The notes beneath the pieces were generated by a model that ran no database searches, was not told the origin of the DNA, and saw only the letters and a program-made list of their open reading frames with translations. Of a DNA stretch of 64,000 bases, positions 25,443 to 37,946 are shown piece by piece (positions within the stretch are counted from its first letter, which is position 1; each line of letters starts with the position of its first letter). Origin of the DNA: Macrostomum hystrix. Lineage: Eukaryota > Animalia > Platyhelminthes. Position numbers and translations under genes: made by a program. The stretch covers positions 992,001-1,056,000 of the forward strand of contig CATNEN010000034.1 of NCBI GenBank assembly GCA_950097015.1. The letters run 5' to 3'.

Positions 25443-26083
25443 GGGGTCATTTCACAAACCCTAATTTTCATAACGTCGCAAGACACACTCTTTCATAAGC
25501 CCTAAATTTCATAAACCCTAATTTTCACAATGTCGCAAAGCTGTGCACAGAATTTCATAAGCTCTAAATTTCACAACGTTAAAAACAAAAGTTGCTTCTG
25601 ACTTCACAAGCCCTAAATTTCACAAGCCATAGGCCTAATTTTCACAAGAGCTAATTTGCACAACGTCAAAAAGACATGCACAGAATTTCATAAGCTCTAA
25701 ATTTCACAAGCCCTAAATTTCACAAGACCTAATTTTCACAATGTCAAAAAGCCATGCACAGAAACTTCAGAAAATTAGGGTTTGTGAAAGCAACCCCTGT
25801 GAAAGATCCTATCTCCATAGTGCTTTTAGGCATTGTGAAATTTAGGGTTTGTGAAAGATCCCATCTCCATAGTGCTTTTAGGCATTGTGATGAAATTTAG
25901 GGCTTATGAAATTTAGAGCTTATGAAATTCTGTGCATGTCTTTTAGGCGTTGTGAAATTTAGGTGTTGTGAAATCTGTGGCATTGCTTATTTTCAACGTT
26001 GTGAAATCTAGGGTTTGTGAAATTTAGGGCTTATGAAAGGATCTGGTTTAGACGTGAAAATTAGGGTTTGTGAAAGTGACCCC
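25443..26083. mobile_element. Non-autonomous foldback/MITE-like DNA element (~640 bp)
   Basis: TIRs ggggtcatttcacaaaccctaattttca and tgaaaattagggtttgtgaaagtgacccc (one indel). Many subterminal tttcacaa.ccctaaat motifs are mirrored between the halves. Flanks tattgct/tatagct. Confidence 0.85.
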
Positions 26084-26915
26084 TATAGCTATAAGACAGT
26101 GAAAAACTGGCAAGTTATAAATATCTTATTTTTAGTGTTGTTCTTAGAAAGAGTGATATTTCTAAGCTTTTCAAATGCTATTGCTTTGGTGTCTCTAAGC
26201 CCAGTTGCTCTCTTGTAGCTTAGCTAGCTAATTTACTTATATGTAACACAATTTATAAAAACAAATTAAGTCAATGTATTTCATGCCATTTCTTCTATTT
26301 GTAGGTGTAGCCATAGTTTATGACAATTTATAAACGTGCTTAGGTGTTCATTTTTGCATACTCTTTAGAGTTTATTCAATATTATAGTTTTTTTGCATCT
26401 AATTATGATTAATAGTTCTAACTACACTCATGTTTCACACAACATGGTACTATAAAGATCAATTCCAAAGCATCATACATAATTAAATTAATAATTTGCT
26501 AGAGTTGCTATGTAGCAAAGTTTTACATATTATATCTGTATCTATTTTATGTCTGTATCTGGAACTAGTGACTAATGAGCTATTTATAACTTTGTGTAAC
26601 CTCCAATGGAAATGCTAAGATATATAGTTAAAATACAACTGCTATGCTATTCATTCAAGTATTTGCTTTATGTCAAATACATGTTATGCATAAAATCTGC
26701 ATACTTAGAATTTTAACAAATTCATAATAAATAATAATAATGAAGCCCTCAAATAGCAACAGTTATGCAACAATTGTAAAGCACTCTTACAAATCGGAAG
26801 TTGTTGTATTTTTTAGCTAAATAGATTATTCGGCAGGGCAGCAGCACAGTTGCCTGAGCAGAAGCAGCAAAAGCCTGCACAAGCCACCATAGCAGAAGAT
26901 AGCAAAGTCAGCGAC

Positions 26916-28665
26916 ATGACTGTCAAACCAGCTGTGACGGTGTCAATGCCATCATTTTCCGCGCGTAGTCGTTTAAACTCTGGCACGCGCACCATTTTCA
27001 ATGGCATCGGCGCTGTACTTAACAATCTGTGCTCCAGTTTGAGCCCACAGCCTGCGCCATCGCCAATACAGCGAAAGCAAAAGGCTGAGCCAGAGCTTGG
27101 CCAAGGCAGAAGCAAGCGGGCTCGCGTTGATTCTGAACCAGCCGCCGCAGAAACTCCTTCCTTATCGATAGTTCAGCGCGTCTACCTCCAGGGCCGTCGC
27201 GTCGCCGAGAACGACGACCTTGTCATTGTCGACGGCAGCAGTGGCGCCGAGTTGCCGTCCTGTCGACGTAGCCAGCGACAGCGTCGGAAGCGCGGGCAAG
27301 ACAACGCGGCTGCTGATCAGGACGACCCAGGCAGCGACAAGTCGTCAGCTAGACGCCGGTCATTGATCGGAAAATTCACTTATAGGCCGGCCGGATCCGC
27401 CGATGGCATCACCGTGACAGACGCTGACGCGGCCTGCCTGCGCCCTGGCGAATACTTCAACGATGTCATGGTGGACTTTTATTTAAAGTACATGCATCAC
27501 TGCCTGCTGACGCCGGAGCAGCGACAGCGGACGCACATCTTTAACTGCTTTTTTTATAAGAAACTGACTAAGCGAGTTGAGCACGCTGCCAGGTCGGGCA
27601 TTCCCCTAATTGCGCGTCGGCACGCCTCTGTGGCCAATTGGACAAGGCGAGTCGACTTGTTTGACAAAGACTTCATTCTGGTGCCAATCAACGAGAGCTG
27701 TCACTGGTTCCTAGCCGTTATCTGCTTTCCCGGTGCGTTTGCCATGTGTGTCAGTCTTTCTCTATTGAAAGGCAGCAGGCTGCACTGTTTTTTGTACTGC
27801 CTACCCTAACTTGGCAACCTCCCCCGATTCTGCAATAAATTTTCCAGCATTAGTGGGCACAGTCGACTACTCGGCGCTGTACAATCGTGCCAAGCTACGA
27901 AGTCAGAAAGTTTCCGAACTGGGCAATGCGGAAGCCGCCAAAGCTGCTGAAAGTTTTGGCAGACGGGCTAAGGACGGCACACTCCAGCTGCCGTGCATTC
28001 TTGTGTTCGACAGCTTGTCCGGCACGGCCGCTCGGACTCCCAATGTGACCGCGCTGCGCGAGTGAGTGCGCTGGTGGACATCCAGTTGGCATTCACTTTA
28101 CCCCTCCTAGCCAGTGTCTGTCATTCACTCTGACTAAGCCCCTTCTTGGCAATGTCTGCCATCCACTTTGCCGTATCTAAACAACAACTATCAATAATCA
28201 TAATTCATAACACTCATGCCCCTGAATCCGCACAACTAGCGTCTAGCATACGCCATTCGACCTTAGCAGCATCTGGTAATGACCCTACCCACTCACCCAC
28301 ACAGCTACCTGCAGGTGGAGTGGGACACGAAACGTGCAGCTGTGGACGGTAGTCGTCGTTACTCGAAGGACACAATCCGCGGCTACTGTCCCAGCGTACC
28401 GCAGCAGCCGAACGCTGTGGACTGCGGGCCATACATGCTGCACTACGCTGAGATGCTGTTTCGCAAGCCTATTCGCCAGTTCACCAAGGACTATTTTGAG
28501 AATCGGATGTGCAACTGGTTCAAGCACTTCGAGATTGACAAGAAGAGATCCGAGATGGAGCAGCTGTTGGTGCACCTGTACCAGAGGATCGGACCTGATC
28601 GCACTGCGGAGACGACAAGCGGCAGTTCAAATAGCGACGGCGAGGGCGAGATAAGCTTCGCATAA
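26916..28665 (+). CDS. SUMO/sentrin-specific protease, Ulp1/C48 family, SENP6/7-like, ~463 aa from the first ATG; exons 26916-27732, 27848-28061, 28305-28665
   Basis: CLRPGEYFNDVMVDFYLKY, HIFNCFFYKKL, NWTRRVDLFDKDFILVPINESCHWFLAVICFP (His), ILVFDSL (Asp), PQQPNAVDCGPY (Gln/Cys). GT-AG introns are phase-consistent. The true N-terminus may extend upstream. Confidence 0.92.
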
Positions 28666-30145
28666 GATTTTCTGTAAACAATCAAATAACCCACCTATTC
28701 TATCCTATCTATTTGCTTGCTGATTTACGAGGTCCTGTATGCATTTTTACTGTTGTTTTAACAAACTATCCTTGATTTGCGTCTTGTTGATTTTGCAATA
28801 TCTGGTTAATCAAAATGCACGTCAGTATGCCTAAACAGCACGTCACGACCGCGCTCGTTTCGTGTTCTTAGTTAATTTTCTGGCCGCCCAAAGTGTTGCC
28901 CCACCGATAGTTGTATCTTGGTACTAAATTACTGTCACTTATTGAATTGAATTATAATCAAGTAAAAGCTACAATTCATAAGCATCGGTTATTGGCATTT
29001 AAAGTAAACAACAAAGGCCACTAGTGGATTAACAATTTAGTCAGAAAGTCGCTTCTGTATATAGCACTCTCTGAAATGGTGCTTCTGTATATACGATCGG
29101 CTTCACTCATCCTGCTATTGTTCCGTTCTGTGGCTAGACACATTTTCGCTAGGCCATTGTCGCAAAATTACTTCAAAAGTTTTATTTAAAGCACTTACCA
29201 CAGTTAGCATTGTCATTGTGTTATTATAATAAAATAGACTAATAAGTTAAATTATTTAATTTTTATTAAATTGACAACACAAGAAATGAAATCTGGCACA
29301 TTTTGGCAGTTGTGACGACAAAAGACTAAAAACGATTACAAAACTGAAGTCTCAAAACTAAACTTAAATAAGTTTACCTGATGAAATAGAGGCACTAAAA
29401 AGTAATTTACATGTACGAGCGTAATATGTACATTGTTAAAGAGACGCAAGTAATTGATCAAAGTACAGCATTTACAATTTTGTTTAACAGAAATGCGTAT
29501 AGAAAAGCGCGCAAAGTTTCGTTACGTTTTTGTTTCGGCTACTCTCTGTTGCCATCTAGATTACAAAATAGTTAAATACTGTAATGTGTTGGATTGTTAC
29601 AGTAACAACAACAGGAATTAGATTTTAAGCATTCTTAACTGACATAGATAACTCCTGGATAATCTTGCTATTGTAGAAATTGCAGTTTAAGTTCATACAA
29701 CAATCAGGTCGATCTACACAATCAAATAGAAAAATTATTCGAAACAAACGGAAAGTTTCATGTAGGATATCAATTAACTAGACACATGTCTAGAATACCA
29801 ATATGTGCCAATTGATCATTAGAGGCACGCAAGGCTTAAGGTCTGAGAGGCAATCGTGAAGTTTAAGATGGATTTTGATTCCCAGAGTGTCAATTTTGAA
29901 GATAAATTAACAGCCATCTAACCTATTATCAGATAATTTGTCTATTCACTTTAATATCAAATAATTAATTAATGCAAACGAACAACTAAAAAAACTTGTT
30001 ATTTGATGCCCGTGTGAACAAGCCAAATTAAACTGCTCCGAATTACAAGAATACACAACTATCCAGCAAGTACACGTCGGACTCAACGCTCAATACTCAA
30101 ACTCAAGACTCAATGCTGCAAACTTGACTAACTCGACCTCGAGAC

Positions 30146-30270
30146 ACTCGAACTCCAGACCCAGAGCTCAAATACTCGAACTCCAGATCCACAGCTCAAA
30201 TACTCGAACTCCAGATCCACAGCTCAAATACTCGGACTCCAGACCCAGAACTCAAATACTCGAACGCCAG
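30146..30270. repeat. 28-bp tandem repeat, ~5 copies
   Basis: actcgaactccagatccacagctcaaat-like units at 30146, 30174, 30202, 30230 and 30258. Confidence 0.85.
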
Positions 30271-30353
30271 ACTGCAAAGTCTCAAAACTATAAACTAGCT
30301 AAACTAGATACATATTTACTCAAACTCCGACCAAAAGCTCGGTACTCAACTAC

Positions 30354-32663
30354 TCAAACTTCAGATGTAGGCAGAGTAGCCGTGTCCGGTCCGCCTTTGT
30401 CTAGCACATCGCAGACAAATCCAGCCGTCTCATTGCGCAGTCCAGCTTCCCTGGCGGGATTGGCATCGATACCGGCCAAATAGGAATGCGCCAGGAGGCG
30501 ATCGAAGCGCCAACGCTCGTCCTGACTCTTCACTAGGCAGCGGGCCAAAAAATTAGGCAGCTCGGGGGTGAACCGGCTGGCAACCGACTGGGGCAGAGTG
30601 GGCGCCGGATCGTTCACAATGCGCCTGTTTAACTCGAACGGGCCAATTATTGGCTCGTAGGGATAGGCGCCCGTGGCAAGCTCCACCAGGCTGACGCCTA
30701 GAGACCAGACATCGGCGGCCGAAGTGAAGCCCTCCTTGCGCCGCAGTAGCAGGGAGCCAGTAGACTCCACGCCTAAGGCGTCTTTGCCATCGCCAGCTGG
30801 ACTGAGGTTCGAATCCGTAGCCAGGGGCGGCGAAGGCGGCAGGATTCGCTCCGGAGCCAGGTAGAGCTCGCAGCCGACGTTAGACTTGGCGATGCTGTTG
30901 TCCAAGAAGCCGGAAATGCCGAAGTCGCACATTTTTACCTGGCCGAGCCGGCTGACCAGCATGTTGCTGGGCTTCACGTCTCTGAACAGGCAGGGATGGT
31001 GGCATATGAGAATTCAACTGTGACAACAGGTAGCGAATACGAAACCTCACCCAATGAGCTGATCAGTGCAAAAACCTCACCCAATGAGCTGATCAGTGCA
31101 AAAACCTCACCCAATGAGCTGATCAGTGTAAAACCCTCACCCAATTAGCTTATCAGTGCAAAAACCTCACCCAATGAGCTGATCAGTGTAAAACCCTCAC
31201 CCAATTAGCTTATCAGTGCAAAAACCTCACCCAATGAGCTGATCAGTGTAAAACCCTCACCCAATTAGCTTATCAGTACAAAAACCTCACCCAATGAGCT
31301 GATCAGTACAAAAACCTCACCCAATGAGCTGATCAGTGCAAAAACCTCACCCAATGAGCTGATCAGTACAAAAACCTCACCCAATGAGCTGATCGGAACA
31401 AAAACCTCACCCAATGAGATGATCAGTACAAACATAGAAGCTCAAAATCTTAAATAATGAAGACAGGTTGGCAAAATGTTAAGCTACCTGTGCATAACGT
31501 CAATGCTGCGCATGTAGCTGAGGGCGCGCAGGACGGAGTAGGCAATGTAGCGCAGCACGGGGTCGGTGACTGGCTGATTCACGGCTGGACTGTAGGCCGC
31601 CAGGTACAGCTGCCTGAGCGATGCGTCCATTAGCTCCATTAGTATGAGAATGTCGCCCTCGTGAAACATGGCGCCATAGAAAAACACAGCAAAAGGGCAC
31701 TCGACCGCTTTGCGCAGGACGTTGATCTCGCGCAGTTGCAGTTCGTACTCGCGCGGATCGCTAGATCGACGCAAGTACTTTAACGCGAAGTCACAATTCG
31801 TACCCGGATGCCTCACCTAGAAATAAAGTCGTTAATTAAAAGCCGTAAAAGATTATCTTCGCATATGTTTATCTTTAAAAAGTGATTTGAGCAACTTGTG
31901 AAATCTATGGTCTACCAAGTCCACTAACAGTAATGTTTCTCAATGAAATTTATGTGAAATTTATTGTTTATGAAGGCCAGTAATGCCATTTGATGTGAAA
32001 ATATATGGTTTAAGAACATTAGAGTATCCTGACGTTCCCGAAATTATGGTTCATGAAAGAGACCAATCTGGGGTCGGTGGCAGAGCGGTCTAACGCATTT
32101 GCCTCTTGCACCACAGTCCCTAAGTTCGATTCCACGACGAGGCCACGTTTATTTGGGGCGCTCCCGCGGAGAGAAGGCTTGGTGGCTTGTCGTGAAATTT
32201 ATGCCCTTGAGGGCCAACCTCCTCCAAGGAACAGTGAAATGTACACGGCCTGACGATGAGAAAGTCAGAGCAGATGTACACACCTGTGTGAGCATGTCTG
32301 AGTACGGTATTTGTGTGCGTGTGCGTCAGGAGTCATTAAGAGGTCATTCTGGACTTGTTTTGCCTGTCTCTCTCAATATCCAATTACCTGATCCACAACA
32401 CCGAAGCGGCCCTTGCCAAGTCCGCGCACGGTCTTCAGTTCGGCAGCCTTTAATTCAATGTCGGCGCCATTGTGCCGGATGACTGTCAGCTCGCTAAGTG
32501 GCTGATTATTGGACAGCGGCACCGGCAGTGGAACTGTCACTGGCAGGGGGAGCGGCCTGGTGCTACCTCGGAGTCGGCCGCCGCTGTTACCCCGACTGCC
32601 TCCGCCGCCCACACTGCCTACACTAGCATCGCTAGGCGCAGAACTGTCTTGATTAGATTGCAT
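30354..32663 (-). CDS. MAP kinase kinase (STE7 family, MKK3/4/6-like) paralog A, ~410 aa; exons 32663-32388, 31816-31488, 30981-30354
   Basis: GLGKGRFGVV, FALK, CPFAVFFYGA, HRDVKPSN, DFG, SIAKS, APERI, DVWSLG. Introns are GT-AG and phase-consistent (1233 nt). Acceptor at 32677 lies upstream of ATG 32663. Confidence 0.93.
31042..31432. repeat. 30-bp minisatellite, ~13 copies, in MAP2K-A intron 2
   Basis: Unit aaacctcacccaatgagctgatcagt(g/a)caa. Confidence 0.95.
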
Positions 32664-33550
32664 CAGTTTCCTTGTTTCTGCAATATAGATTTGCCAACTG
32701 TTGCTTATAGACAGATACAAGCAAAATAATTATTTTTACAGCACTTGTAATAAACACGTTTGATACATGAGTCACGCAACTGGATCTCTGTATGAGAGCA
32801 GTGCTCATGCTATCATTTGTATTCCTAAATATTTCTTACAATACAATAGCACATCTAGACAAAAGTTGAGAAAATTTGAGGAGGTACAATAATTATAATA
32901 CTTTGCATTTGGACTAGCATAACTTTTTACATTCATTTCATTCAGATTGTGAACTGTAACTCAGTCTATCTTATGCAGGAAATTTCCTGAAAAATGGATG
33001 CCAATATTATCTTTGTTCACTTAGCATATAAATGTATGCATCAGTTTCCTGCTATAAGATTGGTGTAATTGGCGTAAATAAAATTGTGCAAAATTGGGTG
33101 GCATAAAATGCAATTCCCAAATTATGGCTGTTCTAGGCTATGACTGATATAGTTTTGTCAAATGTAAATGTAAAGTTGCAAAGTCATGGAACAATTTTTA
33201 TTTTAATTAAGTTTATTGAACATAATATGAAGTATTTATTTCAGTTTGTTCATTGTAAAAAATAACTAGTTAATAAAAATAATATATTATACAGGCATAA
33301 TTTGGCATAAAACCTTGGGATTATTTTCTATTAGGCAAAATTTGGCATAAAATGAAGAATACATTTTAAATTTGCTATTTGTTTTCAAGACAATGCCAAG
33401 AAAGTATCGGCATGTTTTAACTGCTCGACTTAATATTTGATTCACCTGTAGAAATCAGAAGCTGGGGACATTGTCAAGCAAACAGACCTAACACACAAGG
33501 CCTGCTATCTCACAAGCATATAGAAAACAAGAGTTGCATTTTTTCAGCAT

Positions 33551-34485
33551 CTGCTACCATTGCTTCATTATTCACTTGCTACCATTGCTTCATTATTCAT
33601 TTGCTACCATTGCTTCATTATTCACTTGCTACCATTGCTTCATTATTCATTTGCTACCATTGCCTCATTATTCACTTGCTACCATTGCTTCATTATTCAC
33701 TTGCTACCATTGCTTCATTATTCACTTGCTACCATTGCTTCATTATTCACTTGCTACCATTGCTTCATTATTCATTTGCTACCATTGCTTCATTATTCAC
33801 TTGCTACCATTGCTTCATTATTCACTTGCTACCATTGCTTCATTATTCACTTGCTACCATTGCTTCATTATTCACTTGCTACCATTGCTTCATTATTCAT
33901 TTGCTACCATTGCTTCATTATTCATTTGCTACCATTGCTTCATTATTCACTTGCTACCATTGCTTCATTATTCACTTGCTACCATTGCTTCATTATTCAC
34001 TTGCTACCATTGCTTCATTATTCACTTGCTACCATTGCTTCATTATTCACTTGCTACCATTGCTTCATTATTCACTTGCTACCATTGCTTCATTATTCAC
34101 TTGCTACCATTGCTTCATTATTCACTTGCTACCATTGCTTCATTATTCACTTGCTACCATTGCTTCATTATTCACTTGCTACCATTGCTTCATTATTCAC
34201 TTGCTACCATTGCTTCATTATTCACTTGCTACCATTGCTTCATTATTCACTTGCTACCATTGCTTCATTATTCACTTGCTACCATTGCTTCAAGGTTATT
34301 CACTTGCTACCATTGCTTCATTATTCATTTGCTACCATTGCTTCATTATTCACTTGCTACCATTGCTTCATTATTCACTTGCTACCATTGCTTCATTATT
34401 CACTTGCTACCATTGCTTCATTATTCACTTGCTACCATTGCTTCATTATTCACTTGCTACCATTGCTTCATTATTCATTTGCTAC
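33551..34485. repeat. 25-bp minisatellite, ~37 copies
   Basis: Unit ttgctaccattgcttcattattca(c/t); one unit carries a small insertion near 34292. Confidence 0.97.
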
Positions 34486-34994
34486 AAGCTTTTGCACCTA
34501 ATAAAAAATCCCAAAAGATAAACAATGAACCAACTTGACAGCAGAAGTAAGATCCAAACAAAGTTATTTGATCTTTTTAAGCATGAGATTTTTAGTGACC
34601 TACAGTATACATAATGTATATACTAGAAACATACTTAAACAAGCTCCCAAATTTTTATGCCATGATTAGCTTCATTTTGTGACCTGAGGGTTTTAGTTTT
34701 CCCTAGGGCCTATAAAAAGTGTGACAGTCCAAATGGCAACAGTCAAAAAGGTCAGAATGCTACAGTGCTACATATACAATGTAATGACAAATTTGTAGGC
34801 CTAACCAAATATATGCATACATGTTTTATACTTTGTTATTTACCTTTCTTTATAAATTCTGCATTTTACTATGCTATTCCCTTGGAATTGGCATTATTAG
34901 CATAATACTTGTAGTATTGTTATACTACTCCAATTTCATTGCAAACTCCACATTTTACTAGGTAGGCCTATCATCTCTATCTGTGCTAACTTTC

Positions 34995-35134
34995 TGTGGA
35001 TAATTGAAGGTGGGTGTGGCGTCCCCCTAGTCCATGGACTGAACAGCTGTACCTAGCCTTCAGATGCGCCACGCAATAGCTGCGGCTGTGCTGTCGGCTG
35101 CACATCTGGCCTGATTGGGGCAGGTGTAATCAAT
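34995..35134 (+). mobile_element. 5'-truncated SINE fragment with 13-bp target-site duplication
   Basis: GC-rich 140-bp insert flanked by tgtgctaactttc at 34982-34994 and 35135-35147; shares cccc(t)agtccatggac.gaaca.ctgtac..gcaatagc with 49495-49550. Confidence 0.65.
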
Positions 35135-36631
35135 TGTGCTAACTTTCCTACCAATGTTCTATTAAATAGGGGGGGATGATTGTTTTGACTTATCATTCTC
35201 CAGAGCTATAGCACATGCAGACTGCTTTGTGTTTGTTGTGACTTAATTTATTTGTACCTATTAACTAGTAAACAAGCACCCTTTTGATTGTTGCTTTTTT
35301 GACTATTGCCGTTTTTATTTGTTGCTTCTATGACTGTTTCTATTTTTTAGCTTTTTAATCCAGACTAAGAATTCTAAACTAGCTTTTTTATACCATTTTT
35401 AACTAGCAGCCAAGTTCCTTTGAAAAGTACAATAGTTATCTGGTAAAAATCTAATATAAACTCAGCAAAAATAATACCACCATAAAAGAGCAAGTCATCA
35501 AAGAATTTTTTCCTAGGCCTAATGTATTTTCGTTTAGCTAATTTAATATGCAGGCCACTTTATCGAAAAGAATACTCCATAGAAACAGGACTCGTCATGG
35601 AATGAGACCTATAGTCTAGGTGGAAGGTCGGTAAAACCGTCGTCAACTTTGTCCGAACTTTATAGTCATAAAAGTTAAATTTGAAAGCAAAAAACGCAGT
35701 GCCAGTGGTAGGCCTATAGTCAGATAAACTTTGCCATAGAAGTAGGAAATAGTACGCAATCTCCAACCACTTTACAAACTTTCCTGTAGGTTCAAAATAA
35801 AATTGACCCTATATCATGCATAGCATGCATGAACTATGTATTTCATGCATGAACAAGTTTTAGACAAGGAGGCTTAAAATATCGTACGCGATATTTAAGA
35901 GGAAAATTTACTTATGGGCAAAACTGAATATCGAAAAAAACATTCGCTGACAGTAGTGTTATACAGGAAAACTAATTACAATATATTACTACTTATTAAT
36001 TTAAAATTAAATTAGCAGGCAAAAATGTAACACATAATTTAGTGACTACAAAGAAAGCATTTGTTTTACTACAAAAAGTTTAAAAGAGAAAAATTCTTGG
36101 CCTTGAACAGGTCCCCGACCTTTATCGGGGTTACCCAGTTATAGTTCCCAGTCCATGTCAACGGATTGCCATTCTATATTATAGCCTGGACGTTGTTGCT
36201 TTTGTGGGCAGAGTTGGGTTCCGATTTATTTTATGATTCAATATGAAATAAACTAAATAGATTATATAAACAAAAAAAATATTTAAGGTAGATTAAATAT
36301 GACTAGGTTTTGGGCCTTCTGGCGTTTCAGATTCTCATGAATCACATCATTTTCATTAGGCCTACAGTAAAAATTGTCATCAGATTCAGATAGGTTGCTG
36401 TCAGAAGAACTTTAGGCTCCAAATTCAGCCAACTGAGATATGATATTTATGAGTTTCTCTGATATGATAATAAATTGGCTAATTTTTTAATACATCAATG
36501 TAAAGGCCTAAATAAAATTTATGGAGAATGGACATGCCATGCCCATGGTAACTTTTGCTAAAATATGGGATTAGGCCTATGGTTAATGTTATTAATTGTG
36601 ACAACACAAACATGATCAATTATGCCAAAAT

Positions 36632-37946
36632 GGCAATCCTACACTTCCGTTCGGTAAATTATTTTCACATTTGAATTTGTACCACTGAGTCAAATGACGT
36701 CGATTGGCAATGTGTCTATGGCCAAAAGTTTGAGCAAACAGAGTTTAAAGGGGTGTCAGTTTAAGGGAGCTGTTGCTTGTGAGCTGCTTGTTTTATTGAG
36801 CTTCAATTTCTCATATCTTCCTGTCTTCATTGCCATGGCTGGGCGACCTGCAGCACCCAGGTTCATCATCCTGTTAAACGAGGTTCGAAACACCGCCGAG
36901 CTACTCAATCTCAACATGTCGCTACGGGATCTGCACATCGTCACCCAGGACACGCTGTCTACAATGCAGTGGTTGGCAAAGTACCATCTGCTCAGCAACA
37001 CTCGCAACTGTCCATGTGGAACAAACATGAGGCTGCAGTGGTGCCAGGGAGAACGCTACATTGACGGATACGCGTGGGACTGTCGAGCGTGCCATGCCCA
37101 AGTGAACATCCGCAAGGGCTCCTTCTTCAAGGGTTCGCACTTGAAGTTGGTCCAAATTGTCGACCTGACGTACTGGTGGTCCCTGGAGACTAAGTCGGCA
37201 GAGGCAATGAGCCAGTGTGGCATTGGCAGTTGGAGTACAATCATGGACTGGCACCAGTTCCTGAGGGATATATGCCAACAATTCCTCATCGACCACCCGC
37301 TCGAACTCGGCGGCCCTGGCAAGGAGGTAGAGATTGACTAGGCCTAGTCGAAGTTTATGCATTGTAAGTACCATCAGGGGGCCTGGCGCGAGGGCCACTG
37401 GGTCCTGGGTATGGTCGAGCGTGGCTCCAACAAGTGCATGATGACAGTCGTTCCGGATTGCTCTGCCGCCACCTTGGTAACAATCATCCAACAGTTTGTA
37501 TTACCGGGTACGCACATTATCACCGATGGATGGTTGGCGTACGCTGGTCTACCCAACCACGTCTTGGTGAACCATCGGCTGCACTTCGTAGATCCAGTGG
37601 ACCCAACAGTCCACACCAACACTGTGGAGGGCACATGGGCCCACACAAAGCGCAAGATCCGCAACATGCATGGCACGAGCGACGCTCTCTTCGACGCACA
37701 CATTGAGGAATTTCTCTGGCATCGTCTGTATCCCCAATGTCCATTTGGGGCTATCCTGTACTATATTGGACATTACTATCCATTGTAGACACCTTAATGA
37801 CCTGCAGACACTCTAAGTGACTATGCGCTCTAACAGACTGCTACCATGTTCCACTGTTTCAGTTTTGTTTGGTTACATTGTTATTTAACACGCCTGTTCA
37901 AAATTCAGTGTCAAAATAATTTACCGAATGGCAGTGTAGGATTGCC
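36632..37946 (+). mobile_element. Merlin (IS1016/IS1595-like) DNA transposon, 1315 bp
   Basis: 38-bp TIRs ggcaatcctacact(t/g)cc(g/a)ttcggtaaattatttt(c/g)aca with 3 mismatches enclose a Merlin-type transposase. No clear TSD. Confidence 0.92.
36835..37788 (+). pseudogene. Merlin/ISXO2-like DDE transposase, inactivated by an in-frame TAG GCC TAG at the EID-ESKF motif
   Basis: CPC..WDCRAC zinc motif, SIRKGSFF-like NIRKGSFF, LGGPGKEVEID**SKF..KYHQG, WVLGMVER, IITDGW, VNH..FVDP..HTNTVEGTW, FDAHIEEFLW. Confidence 0.9.

Noticed and set aside
25443-26083. TTAGGG/CCCTAA hexamers as an interstitial telomere
   Set aside because: They are isolated hexamers inside the subterminal modules of a TIR element, not tandem telomeric repeats
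33534-34538. Three 300+ aa ORFs (CYHCFIIHLLPLLHYSLATIASLFT repeats)
   Set aside because: Translations of a stop-free 25-bp unit; not a Cys/His metal-binding protein
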